Part shown: one piece after another, positions 35,966-46,745 of the stretch | How the letters are laid out: each line of letters starts with the position of its first letter | How positions within the stretch are numbered: position 1 is the first letter of the stretch | NCBI GenBank assembly: GCA_963666515.2 | Contig: OY762897.2 | Span: 3,584,001 to 3,648,000 of the forward strand | DNA length: 64,000 bases | Origin: Candidatus Binatia bacterium | GTDB lineage: Bacteria; Desulfobacterota; Binatia; UBA9968; JAJDTQ01 | Direction: 5' to 3' | Position numbers and translations under genes: made by a program | Notes under the pieces: model-generated | Told to the model about the DNA's origin: nothing | Seen by the model: the letters and a program-made list of their open reading frames with translations, nothing else | The model's database searches: none

Positions 35966-36830
35966 GAACGCCTTAGGAGAGACTAAAGCCGCTCATCCTG
36001 AGCGTAGCGGAGCGTCAGCGGAGCGAAGTCGAAGGACCCTCATCGACACCCACTGCCACATCCAGACAGAGGAGTTCGACGAAGACCGCGACGAGGTGCT
36101 GGCACGGGCTCGCGACGCCGGCGTCGAGACCCTGATCGTCGTGGGCGGAGCGGGGGACCTCTCCACCAACGACGCGGCGGTGCGCCTCGCGGAAGCGCAC
36201 ACCGGCCTCTACGCCACCGTCGGCATGCACCCGCACGACGCCAAGGACGTGGCCACTGAGGACATGGACCGGCTGCGCGGCCTGGCCGCTCACCCCAAGG
36301 TCGTCGCCATCGGCGAGACCGGCCTCGACTTCCACTACGACCACTCGCCCCGGACCGTGCAGCGGGAGATGTTCGATCGCTTCGTCGGCCTGGCGCAGGA
36401 AACCCGGCTCCCCATCGTCGTGCACAACCGGGAATCGGACCGTGAGGCGGCGGAGACGCTTCGAAACGGCGGTGGAAACCTGGAGGGGGTGATCCACTGC
36501 TTCACCAGCGACGCCGCGGCCGCCCGGGCTTTCCTCGACTTGGGCTTCTACCTCTCGTTCTCGGGCATCGTCACCTTCAAGAACGCCGAGGCGCTTCGGG
36601 ACATCGCCCGCTGGGTGCCCCTGGACCGGCTCCTCATCGAGACCGACGCTCCGTTCCTGGCGCCCGTTCCCAAGCGCGGGCGCCGCAACGAGCCGGCTTA
36701 CGTTCGCTTCGTGGCCGAGACCTTGGCGGAGGTCCGGGGGGTCGGTGTAGACGACATCGCCGGCGCCGCCAGCGACAACGCCCGGACGCTGTTCCGGCTG
36801 CCTTCCGACAACACTGCGCGGGAATCATGA
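35958..36830 (+). CDS. tatD: TatD family hydrolase with a REP-derived N-terminal insert
   Basis: LIDTHCH, GMHPH, AIGETGLDF, VVHNRE, VIHCF, IETDAPFLAP; ATG 35958 overlaps the metG stop. Confidence 0.92.
   Translation: MPENALGETKAAHPERSGASAERSRRTLIDTHCHIQTEEFDEDRDEVLARARDAGVETLIVVGGAGDLSTNDAAVRLAEAHTGLYATVGMHPHDAKDVATEDMDRLRGLAAHPKVVAIGETGLDFHYDHSPRTVQREMFDRFVGLAQETRLPIVVHNRESDREAAETLRNGGGNLEGVIHCFTSDAAAARAFLDLGFYLSFSGIVTFKNAEALRDIARWVPLDRLLIETDAPFLAPVPKRGRRNEPAYVRFVAETLAEVRGVGVDDIAGAASDNARTLFRLPSDNTARES
35989..36036. repeat. REP-like repeat copy inside the tatD coding sequence
   Basis: CCGCTCATCCTGAGCGTAGCGGAGCGTCAGCGGAGCGAAGTCGAAGGA, translated as [17 protein letters not shown]. Confidence 0.85.
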
Positions 36831-37717
36831 TCGACGGCAAGACGAAACTCCTGGGAGTGCTGGGGTGGCCGGTGGAGCATTCCATGTCGCCGGTGATGCA
36901 CAACGCCGCTATCGAAGCAGCGGGCCTCAACGCGTGCTACGTTCCCCTGCCGTGCCCGCCCGAGGCATTGGGGGAGGTCATCGCCGGGCTGCGCGGCATG
37001 GGGTTCCTCGGCGCCAACGTCACCATTCCCCACAAGCAGGCGGTCATCGAGCACCTCGACGGCCTGAGCGAGGAGTCCCGCTTCACCGGCAGCGTCAACA
37101 CCCTCTACTGGGAGGGGGACCGGCTGATGGGCACCACCACTGACGCCACGGGCGCCGTGCTGAACCTCCGTCAGGCCGGCATCGAGCTGGACGGCAAGCG
37201 GGTCGCCGTCCTGGGGACCGGCGGCGCAGCCCGGGCGCTGGCTTTCGTGTTAGCCCGGGGCCATTCCGCGGGAGCAGGCGGCGGGCGAGAGACGTTTCAT
37301 TTGCCAGAGATCACCTTGCTGGGCCGGAACGGTGACAAGGCCGGCAGGCTTGCGCAGGACATCGCAGCCGGAAGCGCACCGGGCACGTCGGTCCGCTCGA
37401 GCCTGCTGAAGGAGTTTGCAACCCTAGGAAGCGAGGCCGACATCATCGTTAACTGCACGTCGGTGGGCATGGCCCCGGACGTCGAGGGATGCCCCATTGA
37501 CCCTACGCTCCTTGAGCCGAGCCACGCCGTCTACGATATCGTCTACCAGCCCCGCGAGACCGTGCTTCTCCGGGAGGCGAAACGGAAGGGGTGCCAAACC
37601 GTGGAAGGCATCGGCATGCTCATCCACCAAGGCGCCGCATCCTTCCGTATCTGGTTCGGCCGCGATCCGGACACGGAGATAATGTTCGCCGCCCTCGTGG
37701 CCTTTGGCTACGGATGA
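36827..37717 (+). CDS. aroE: Shikimate dehydrogenase
   Basis: HSMSPVMHN, GANVTIPHK, SVNT, TTD, GTGGAARA, VNCTSVGM, DIVYQP. Confidence 0.95.
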   Translation: MIDGKTKLLGVLGWPVEHSMSPVMHNAAIEAAGLNACYVPLPCPPEALGEVIAGLRGMGFLGANVTIPHKQAVIEHLDGLSEESRFTGSVNTLYWEGDRLMGTTTDATGAVLNLRQAGIELDGKRVAVLGTGGAARALAFVLARGHSAGAGGGRETFHLPEITLLGRNGDKAGRLAQDIAAGSAPGTSVRSSLLKEFATLGSEADIIVNCTSVGMAPDVEGCPIDPTLLEPSHAVYDIVYQPRETVLLREAKRKGCQTVEGIGMLIHQGAASFRIWFGRDPDTEIMFAALVAFGYG

Positions 37718-37756
37718 GCACGCGAGGACGGGATCATCCAGCTTGGCGCAACCGGT

Positions 37757-37798
37757 CTTGTCTTCCGAGGCGTGGGAGATGAACACATCGAAAACCCG
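37757..37798 (-). pseudogene. TIR-domain N-terminal remnant
   Basis: Reads RVFDVFISHASEDK (canonical TIR box 1), then loses similarity and runs antisense into aroE. Confidence 0.6.
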
Positions 37799-37850
37799 AC
37801 TGTCCGATGCGGCAATCGCGACAGTCGAATCGCGCGGGATCAGAGTTTCC

Positions 37851-38111
37851 TTAGCATTCGGTATCTATTATTGTCCAAGTAAAGCGCCCTTGAGCTGTTA
37901 TTCGGCCCCGACTAACTAACGCCTCTACCGCCTCCGCTATTCTAGTGGTCGCCATAGCAGGATCTATTCGACCTTTCCCGTTTCGCACTAGAATCTTCGC
38001 CGCCTCTTGCGGCACATTGTGTATATGAGGACGTTCATCGCGAGCAACAAGACTCTCAATCGCCTCAATGACAGCACTTTCTGCGATGCTTTCACTATTG
38101 TCGGCTCTCAT
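37851..38111 (-). CDS. Hypothetical protein, possibly winged-helix-like
   Basis: AGGAG RBS, AT-richer codon usage, RIAEAVEALVSRGRI helix-wing pattern. Confidence 0.5.
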   Translation of the reverse strand: MRADNSESIAESAVIEAIESLVARDERPHIHNVPQEAAKILVRNGKGRIDPAMATTRIAEAVEALVSRGRITAQGRFTWTIIDTEC

Positions 38112-38257
38112 TCGACGGATCTCCTAGGTTCCCATTTTGGTTTGGCCCGTTACGTAAATGTGCCCTTGGTGGCCTTGAATGATAGCGTTTCGAAGCCGGG
38201 ATCGACAGCCTCTGGCCTGTGCCCGGATTCCGCCTGCGCGGGCTGGTCGTCGGGTAG

Positions 38258-38295
38258 AACAAAGAGGGGAGGACCAATGTCCTCCCCTCTTTGTT
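38258..38295 (-). terminator. Intrinsic terminator downstream of groEL
   Basis: AACAAAGAGGGGAGGAC-caat-GTCCTCCCCTCTTTGTT perfect 17-bp stem. Confidence 0.85.
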
Positions 38296-38323
38296 GTCAA
38301 CTCGGCGCGAAGCCCCGCCGATT

Positions 38324-39955
<1,632 letters not shown>

Positions 39956-40246
39956 TTATTCGACGATTCCCAGGATATCGTCTTCCCGCATGATGAGATG
40001 CTCTTCTCCGTCCAGCTCGATCTCGGTGCCGGAGTACTTCCCGAACAGGACCTTGTCTCCCGCCTTGACGTCCAGGGCCACGACCTTGCCGTCCTCGCGC
40101 TTGCCCGAGCCCACGGCCACCACCATGCCCTCCTGGGGCTTTTCCTTGGCCGTGTCCGGGATGATGATGCCGCCAGCCGTCTTTTCCTCCTCGTCGAGCC
40201 TCTTGACGATGATCCTGTCGTGCAAAGGCTTCACTTTCGCCGCCAT
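39956..40246 (-). CDS. groS: Co-chaperonin GroES
   Basis: [35 protein letters not shown]. Confidence 0.99.
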   Translation of the reverse strand: MAAKVKPLHDRIIVKRLDEEEKTAGGIIIPDTAKEKPQEGMVVAVGSGKREDGKVVALDVKAGDKVLFGKYSGTEIELDGEEHLIMREDDILGIVE

Positions 40247-40287
40247 AAGAACCTCCCTTTAAGAGTGAGATGATGAGATTTCGCGCG

Positions 40288-40315
40288 AATCTAACCACGA
40301 TTTTCTTGCAGTCAA
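40288..40315 (-). promoter_or_regulatory. Putative sigma70-type promoter of groES-groEL
   Basis: Minus strand TTGACT-16 nt-TAGATT about 40 nt upstream of the groES start. Confidence 0.4.
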
Positions 40316-40364
40316 GGGGTGTCCGGGGTATTTCCTGAGGTATTTCTTAGGGAGGTAACGCAAC

Positions 40365-40985
40365 GTGTTGAAAATCTGGGGAAGGAAGACATCATCCAAC
40401 GTGCAGAAGGTCCTGTGGTGCTGCGGGGAGCTGGAAATCCCGTTCGAGCGCATCGATCTGGCCGGCGAGTTCGGCGGCAACAGGGAGGAGCCCTACCTGA
40501 GCCTCAACCCCAACGCCGTGGTCCCGACCATCGAGGACGGCGACTTCGTCCTGTGGGAGTCCAACAGCATCGTCCGTTACCTGGTCCAGAAGTACAACGG
40601 CGGCCGGCTCCTGCCCGGCACCCCCGAGGGCCGGGGCAACGCCAACCGCTGGATGGACTGGCAGTTGTCCACCCTGAACACGTTCCTGGTGCCGATCTTC
40701 TTCGGCATCGTCCGCACCCCCGAGGCCGAGCGCGACCCCGCGGCCATCGAGAAGGCCGTGGCCGCGGCGGTGCCCAAGTGGCAGATCGTCGAGCGCTACC
40801 TCGAAGGCCAGAGCTATCTGGCCGGCGATTCCTTCAGCATCGGCGACATTCCCGCCGGCATCTGGGCCTACCGCTGGTTCAACATGCCCATCGACCGGCC
40901 GTCGATGCCTAACGTCGAGGCGTGGTACCAGCGCCTCACCGAGCGCCCTCCCTACCGGGAACACGTCATGATCCCGCTCTCGTGA
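40365..40985 (+). CDS. Glutathione S-transferase family protein
   Basis: IWGRKTSSNVQKV, LNPNAVVPTI, LWESNSI, RWMDWQ, FSIGDI. Confidence 0.95.
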   Translation: MLKIWGRKTSSNVQKVLWCCGELEIPFERIDLAGEFGGNREEPYLSLNPNAVVPTIEDGDFVLWESNSIVRYLVQKYNGGRLLPGTPEGRGNANRWMDWQLSTLNTFLVPIFFGIVRTPEAERDPAAIEKAVAAAVPKWQIVERYLEGQSYLAGDSFSIGDIPAGIWAYRWFNMPIDRPSMPNVEAWYQRLTERPPYREHVMIPLS

Positions 40986-41110
40986 GCGGGGGTCGATCCG
41001 AAACGACTTTGAAATGACGCGGAAACGAGAAATGTCTGTAGAAATTATTTGACAATAAAAACAATGGCTTATATCCTGTTGATCGGAAACGAGACGGAAA
41101 TGAGCCATAA

Positions 41111-42358
41111 ATGGAAGCCTCGACTGTCAGCCGCTACGTAATACCGCAACGCTGGATACGCTACGACTTGGCGGCCATTCTTGAGTCCCTGGTCCAAGCC
41201 AGGACCGCGGCAGGCGTCCTGACCCGAATGCCGTATCTGCCCCAGTGGATCGAGCAGGTCCACGAGGAACAGTTGCGGCTGGAAGCAGCCGGGACTTCAC
41301 GCATCGAAGGCGCCGAGTTTACCCAACGAGAGCAAGACGAAGCACTCGCCCCTGACGCTCCCAACCGCACCGATCTCACACATTCCCAACGGCAACTACG
41401 GGCCGCGGACGCCACCTACCGCTGGTTGCGTTCGCTGCCGGCCGACCGATGGATCACGACCGATCTCATCCTGGGGGTCCACCGGCGTATCGTAACCGGA
41501 TGTGATGACGACCACTGCGAACCGGGGGCGTTGCGACCCGACGGATGGAACGTGACCTTTGGTACTCCGCTCTGCCGCGGCGTCGAAGGCGGTGCCGAGT
41601 GCCGCGTTGCCTTCGACTCTCTCTGTGCCGCCATCGCCGGCGAGTTCCGCCCACACGACCGGATCATCCAGGCCATCGCAACCCACTACCATGTGGGCTC
41701 CATGCACCCCTTCGGGGACGGCAACGGCCGCACAGCCCGCGCGCTGGAAGCGTTCATGCTGCGACAGGCCGGAGTCAACGATATGGTGATGGTGAGCCTG
41801 TCCAACTACTACTACGAGCACAAGGACGAGTATCTGGCGGCGCTGTTCGCCTCCCGGCGAGCAGGCCATGACCTGACCGTTTTCCTCAAGTTCGCCCTCA
41901 GGGCGGTCGCGGACAGATGCAACGCCGTCGCTGCGGCAATCACTGCCAACCACAAGCGGACCCTGTTCCGGGAATTCGCCCGGTCATTGTTCGGACAATT
42001 GCGCAGTCCCCGCCGCCGCGTTCTGGCCGACCGCCAACTGAGGATTCTGGAGATTCTGTTGGATGGCGGCTCGGTCAGCCTGGATGGGATGGAGGATCGC
42101 GTCCGGGCGGACTACGACGGTCTGAAATACCCCGTTCGCGCGCTTGCTCGGGATCTGATCGAGTTGATCGATCTGTCCGCCATCTCGCTTGACGGCGAAC
42201 GGGTCGCTGTCAACCTGGACTGGCCGCAGCAGTTCTCGGGTTCGGAGCTACTTCAGCGGTATGAGAGCATGCCGTCCGCGGCATCCGCCAGCAATCCCGC
42301 CATGGCGACGTTGTCCCAGCTACTAGGGCGCCGGCGCGGTCGCGGCACTCCCAAGTGA
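41111..42358 (+). CDS. Fic family protein (class II, N-terminal inhibitory motif)
   Basis: HPFGDGNGRTAR active motif; TSRIEG inhibitory (S/T)xxxEG motif; C-terminal wHTH-like region. Confidence 0.92.
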   Translation: MEASTVSRYVIPQRWIRYDLAAILESLVQARTAAGVLTRMPYLPQWIEQVHEEQLRLEAAGTSRIEGAEFTQREQDEALAPDAPNRTDLTHSQRQLRAADATYRWLRSLPADRWITTDLILGVHRRIVTGCDDDHCEPGALRPDGWNVTFGTPLCRGVEGGAECRVAFDSLCAAIAGEFRPHDRIIQAIATHYHVGSMHPFGDGNGRTARALEAFMLRQAGVNDMVMVSLSNYYYEHKDEYLAALFASRRAGHDLTVFLKFALRAVADRCNAVAAAITANHKRTLFREFARSLFGQLRSPRRRVLADRQLRILEILLDGGSVSLDGMEDRVRADYDGLKYPVRALARDLIELIDLSAISLDGERVAVNLDWPQQFSGSELLQRYESMPSAASASNPAMATLSQLLGRRRGRGTPK

Positions 42359-42404
42359 ATACCAGACGGAAGGCGAACGCGGTTCCACACCACATTCGAC
42401 TCGA

Positions 42405-43226
42405 TTAGGCGTCCCCATCCAGAAACGCCGTCCGGTGGTCCAGCGACGGCAGCCGCCGCCGGACACTCTCCAGATAGTCGAGGTCGATGGCGGCCAGCAC
42501 CAGGCCCGGCTCGGTGTCGGCCTGCGCGATGACCTTGCCCCACGGGTCGACGATCATGGAGTGGCCGTAGGCGTCCATGCTAGCGGGATGCTGCCCGGTC
42601 TGATCCGGCGCGATTACGTACACCTGGTTCTCGATGGCGCGGGCGCGCAACAGCGTCTCCCAGTGTGCGCGGCCCGTGGGCACGGTGAAGACCGACGGCA
42701 CGAAGATGATCCTGGCGCCGCCGGCGACGAGGCGGCGGTAGAGCTCCGGGAAGCGCAGGTCATAGCACACGGACAGTCCCATGGGGCACAAAGGCGTGTC
42801 CGCCACCACCACGGCGTCCCCTGGCCTGCGGTACTCGGACTCACGGATGGGGGCTTCGCCTTCGATATCGACGTCGAACAGGTGGATCTTCCGGTACTTG
42901 GCGATGATGCCCGTTCCGGGACCGATGAGAACGCTGGTGTTGTAGGCGCGGCCTTCCGGATCCGCGGATTCCAGGACCGATCCGGCCAGCAGATACAATC
43001 CGAGCTCGGCAGCAAGCCCGCTCATGCGCTCCGTCGAAGGCCCGGGCACCGGCTCGGCCTTGGCCGCTGTGTCCGCGCCGCGCCCCCGCCAGTTGAAGAC
43101 CTCCGGCAGCACCACCAGCCGCGCGCCCTCGGCGTGGGCCCGCCTAACCCAGTCCTCGGCCTCTCGAAGATTGGCTTCTTTGTCGGAGGTGGCCAGCATT
43201 TGTACTGCTGCGGCAACGAATTTCAT
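42405..43226 (-). CDS. Carbon-nitrogen hydrolase (Nit1/deaminated-glutathione amidase-like)
   Basis: LPE, YRKIHLFDV, SVCYDLRFPE (E-K-C triad), HWETLLRARAIENQ, GHSMIVDPWG. Confidence 0.95.
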   Translation of the reverse strand: MKFVAAAVQMLATSDKEANLREAEDWVRRAHAEGARLVVLPEVFNWRGRGADTAAKAEPVPGPSTERMSGLAAELGLYLLAGSVLESADPEGRAYNTSVLIGPGTGIIAKYRKIHLFDVDIEGEAPIRESEYRRPGDAVVVADTPLCPMGLSVCYDLRFPELYRRLVAGGARIIFVPSVFTVPTGRAHWETLLRARAIENQVYVIAPDQTGQHPASMDAYGHSMIVDPWGKVIAQADTEPGLVLAAIDLDYLESVRRRLPSLDHRTAFLDGDA

Positions 43227-43397
43227 GAGTCTTGTTCGGTTTCTGATACCAGCCGTTAAAAGTCAACTTTCAAGGACACGGTATGACAATCCAGCAGAAA
43301 CGTGCAAATATAAAGCGGAAAAGGACAACGAGGCGATCATTCCGCCGAGCGTGGCTGAATTTCCCAAGCCGCTGGTAAGAATGATAAAATAGCGGGC

Positions 43398-43709
43398 ATG
43401 GCTGGAAAGACGTCCGGGAGGGACAACCCGCAGGAGAAGCTGTTCCGGGAGCTTTGGCACTACGCGGAGCAGCAGTGCGGGATCAAGGTGCGGTGCGAGC
43501 GGCTGAGCCGCGACTTCGGCTACCGCGTGCGCAGCGGCGCCTGTATGGTCCGGGGCAAGAAGTGGGTGATCGTGGACCGGACGATGTCGGCCGGTGACCG
43601 GGTGGACCTCCTGGCCGACGAGATCATGCAGTGCCTGGACGAGAAGAGCGAGATACCCGCCGGCCTCCGCCCGTTCCTGGGCGGAACCCCCGGCGGCGCT
43701 ACTTCATGA
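43398..43709 (+). CDS. Hypothetical protein
   Basis: Compact ORF with host codon bias (GIKVR.E, SGACMVRG..WVIVD); converges on nuoN. Confidence 0.7.
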   Translation: MAGKTSGRDNPQEKLFRELWHYAEQQCGIKVRCERLSRDFGYRVRSGACMVRGKKWVIVDRTMSAGDRVDLLADEIMQCLDEKSEIPAGLRPFLGGTPGGATS

Positions 43710-45183
43710 AGAAACCCAGCGAACCGGCCGAATAGTCCAGCAGCGGCCCCCAGTACACCCCCAGCACCACGGTCAGCACCATCAGGGCTCCCAGCAGCGG
43801 CACCGCGCTCGCGGTGGCGGCCACCGGACCGTCGTCGGGACCGGGGTCGTCCAGGAACATGGTCTTGGCGATGCGCGCGTAGTAGTAGAGCGAGATGACC
43901 GTGTTGAGGAGCGCTGCCACGGCCAGCACGTAGAACTGGCCCTCGATGATGGCGGCGAAGAGCAAGAGCTTGCCGATGAATCCCGCCAGCGGCGGCAGCC
44001 CCGTGAGCGAGAACACGAACACCGCCATGCACACCGCGGGGAACGCCGCCCCGCGCCAGGCCAGCCCGCGGTAGGCGTCCATGTCCTCGCGGCCGGTGGC
44101 GTTGGCCACCACCATGACCACCAGGAAAGCCCCCAGGTTCATGATCAGGTACACCACCGCGTAAAACAGCATGGCGGTGAGGCCGTCGTTGTTCAGCACC
44201 ACCAGCCCCATCATGATGTAGCCGGCGTGGGCGATGCCGGAATAGGCCAGCAGGCGCTTGACGTTGGTCTGGTTCAAGGCGGAGAGGTTGCCCCAGGTCA
44301 TGGTGACGATGCTGAGGGCCACCAGCAGGTCGGTCCACTGGACCGCGGAGAACGCCTGGAACGTCCAGCTTCCTTCCTGCCCCAGGGTGGACACCGCGGG
44401 GTAGAAGAAGCGGATCAGGATGGCCACGCCGGCGGCGTTGGAGGCCACCGAGAGGAAGCCGGTGAAGGGCGTGGGCGCCCCCTGGTAGACGTCCGGCGAC
44501 CACATGTGGAACGGCGCGAACGCCATCTTGTAGCCGAAGCCGGCGAGGATGAAGACGAAGGCGATGAACAGCCCGGTCTGGTTGCCGCCGCCCTCGGCCA
44601 TGGCCGCGTTGATGGCGGCGTAGTCCAGGCTGCCGGCCATGCCGAACACCCAGCTCATGCCGTAGATCATGGTGCCGGAGGCGACCCCGCCGTAGATGAG
44701 GTACTTGAGCGCGGCCTCCGCGGAGCGGCGGTTGTGCGGCAGCATGCCGGTGAGGATGTAGGACGTGAGGCTCACCAGCTCCAGGCCGAGGTAGGCCATC
44801 AGCAGGTTGTTGCCCGAGGCCATGAAGAACATGCCGAAGCCGCAGGTGAGCAGCACGATGTAGTACTCGCCCAGGTGCACCTGCTTGACCTCGCCCGATC
44901 CGATGGACATCCAGATGGCCGCCACCAGCGCCGCCAGGGTCAGCACCTTGAAGAACAGGGCGAAGTTGTCCAGCGCCACCATGCGGTGGAACAGCAGCGT
45001 GGGTTCCGTGCCGTACAACTCCGCGGTGGCGCCCAGGGCGACCAGACACCCGGCGAGGCCCACGTAGGCCAGGAGCCGCTTGTTGGCCACCACCAGGTCC
45101 AGGATCGTCAGCAGGATGATGGTCCCCGCCAGGACGATCTCCGGATGGAACAGCTTGATGCTATCGAGGTTGCCGAGGTCCAT
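43699..45183 (-). CDS. nuoN: NADH-quinone oxidoreductase subunit N
   Basis: EAALKY, FK-like YK.AFAPFHMWSPDVYQGAP, KRLLAYSGIAHAG, SLTGLPPLAGF. Confidence 0.95.
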   Translation of the reverse strand: MDLGNLDSIKLFHPEIVLAGTIILLTILDLVVANKRLLAYVGLAGCLVALGATAELYGTEPTLLFHRMVALDNFALFFKVLTLAALVAAIWMSIGSGEVKQVHLGEYYIVLLTCGFGMFFMASGNNLLMAYLGLELVSLTSYILTGMLPHNRRSAEAALKYLIYGGVASGTMIYGMSWVFGMAGSLDYAAINAAMAEGGGNQTGLFIAFVFILAGFGYKMAFAPFHMWSPDVYQGAPTPFTGFLSVASNAAGVAILIRFFYPAVSTLGQEGSWTFQAFSAVQWTDLLVALSIVTMTWGNLSALNQTNVKRLLAYSGIAHAGYIMMGLVVLNNDGLTAMLFYAVVYLIMNLGAFLVVMVVANATGREDMDAYRGLAWRGAAFPAVCMAVFVFSLTGLPPLAGFIGKLLLFAAIIEGQFYVLAVAALLNTVISLYYYARIAKTMFLDDPGPDDGPVAATASAVPLLGALMVLTVVLGVYWGPLLDYSAGSLGFFMK

Positions 45184-45187
45184 TGTG

Positions 45188-46708
45188 CTACGAGAGGTGC
45201 GAGATCACCATCTGGTTGATGTTGTTCAGGGAGGCCTGGAGCAGGTCGAGCACCACCCGGGGATACACCCCGACGATGACCACGATCACCCCCAGCGGGA
45301 ACAGCGTGAAGATCTCGCGGCCGTTGATCTCGGGCAGATCCCGGTACTTCTCGTTGGGCGGGCCGAGGTAGACCCGCTGCATCATCCACAGCATGTAGCC
45401 GGCGGTGATGACGATGCCCAGGGCGGCGATGATGGTGAGCGCGTGGTACTTGGGCCAGGCCCCCAGCAGCACCAGCACCTCGGAGACGAACCCCGAAAGC
45501 CCCGGAAGCCCCATGGAGGCGAAGAACGCCAGCGCGGTGAAACCGGCGTACACCGGCATGATGCCGGCCAAGCCGCCGAAGCCGTTGATCTCCCGGTGAT
45601 GGGCGCGGTCGTAGATCACGCCCACGAGCAGGAAGAGCATGGCGGTGATGCAGCCGTGGTTGAACATCTGCAGCACCGCGCCGTTGATGCCCTGGCTGTT
45701 GAAGGCCGCCATCCCCAGCATGACGTAGCCCATGTGGCTGACGCTGGAGTAGGCCACCAGCTTCTTCATGTCCGTCTGCGCCATGGCGCAGAGGCCGCCG
45801 TAGACGATGTTCCAGGCCCCCAGCGCGGCCAGGAACCAGAACGCCAGGTCGGCGGTGGCCTCCGGCAGCATGGGGTAGTTGATGCGCAGGATGCCGTAGG
45901 TGCCCATCTTGAGCAGGATGCCCGCCAGGATCACGGAGATGGCGGTGGGCGCCTCCACGTGGGCGTCGGGCAGCCAGGTGTGGAACGGGAACGCCGGGAT
46001 CTTGATGGCGAAGCCGATGAACAGCGCCATCCACACCACGTGCTGGAAGCCCCAGCCCCACACGTTGAACGGCCACATGGCCAGCGGCTCGGTGCTGTAG
46101 AGGCTGCTCCGGTCCATCAGCTTGGTCATGTCGAAGGTGTTGGGCTCGGAGTAGAAGTAGAGCGCCAGGATGGCCACCAGCATGAGCACGCTGCCCAGCA
46201 GCGTGTAGAGGAAGAACTTGATGGCGGCGTACTCCTTGCGCGGGCCGCCCCAGATGCCGATGAGGAAGTACATGGGAAGCAGCATGACTTCCCAGAAGAC
46301 GTAGAAGAGCACGAAATCGAGCGCCACGAACACCCCGGTCATGCCGGTGTCCAGCAGCAGGAACAGCGCGAAGTAGCCCTTGACCCCCTTGTCGATGCCC
46401 CAGGAAGCGAAGATGCAGAGGAACGACAGCAGCGCCGTCAAGAGCACCATGGAGACGCTCAGGCCGTCGACGCCGACGTAGTACTCGATGTTGAACGCGG
46501 GGATCCAGGCGGCCCGCTCGACGAACTGCATGGAGGTGGTGGTGGTGTCGAAGTTGGCGTAGAGCCAGATCCCCAGAAGGAGCGGCGGCACCGTGGCCGC
46601 GGCCGATACCCAGCGGATGAGGTCGTGGCGGCCGCTCGGCAGGCACAGCACGACCAACATCCCGGCCAGGGGGATGAAGACCATGTAGCTCAGCACGTGT
46701 TCGGTCAT
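45188..46708 (-). CDS. nuoM: NADH-quinone oxidoreductase subunit M
   Basis: GVDGLS, FYVFWE.MLLPM, PFHTWLPDAHVEAPT, LLKMGTYG, QMFNHG. Confidence 0.96.
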   Translation of the reverse strand: MTEHVLSYMVFIPLAGMLVVLCLPSGRHDLIRWVSAAATVPPLLLGIWLYANFDTTTTSMQFVERAAWIPAFNIEYYVGVDGLSVSMVLLTALLSFLCIFASWGIDKGVKGYFALFLLLDTGMTGVFVALDFVLFYVFWEVMLLPMYFLIGIWGGPRKEYAAIKFFLYTLLGSVLMLVAILALYFYSEPNTFDMTKLMDRSSLYSTEPLAMWPFNVWGWGFQHVVWMALFIGFAIKIPAFPFHTWLPDAHVEAPTAISVILAGILLKMGTYGILRINYPMLPEATADLAFWFLAALGAWNIVYGGLCAMAQTDMKKLVAYSSVSHMGYVMLGMAAFNSQGINGAVLQMFNHGCITAMLFLLVGVIYDRAHHREINGFGGLAGIMPVYAGFTALAFFASMGLPGLSGFVSEVLVLLGAWPKYHALTIIAALGIVITAGYMLWMMQRVYLGPPNEKYRDLPEINGREIFTLFPLGVIVVIVGVYPRVVLDLLQASLNNINQMVISHLS

Positions 46709-46745
46709 TTTCGCTTCTCTCCTATCCGAATCTCTCCGATCTGAA

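Noticed and set aside
40247-40364. CIRCE operator upstream of groES
   Set aside because: No TTAGCACTC-N9-GAGTGCTAA inverted repeat is present; only a short GGTATTTC direct repeat of unclear meaning
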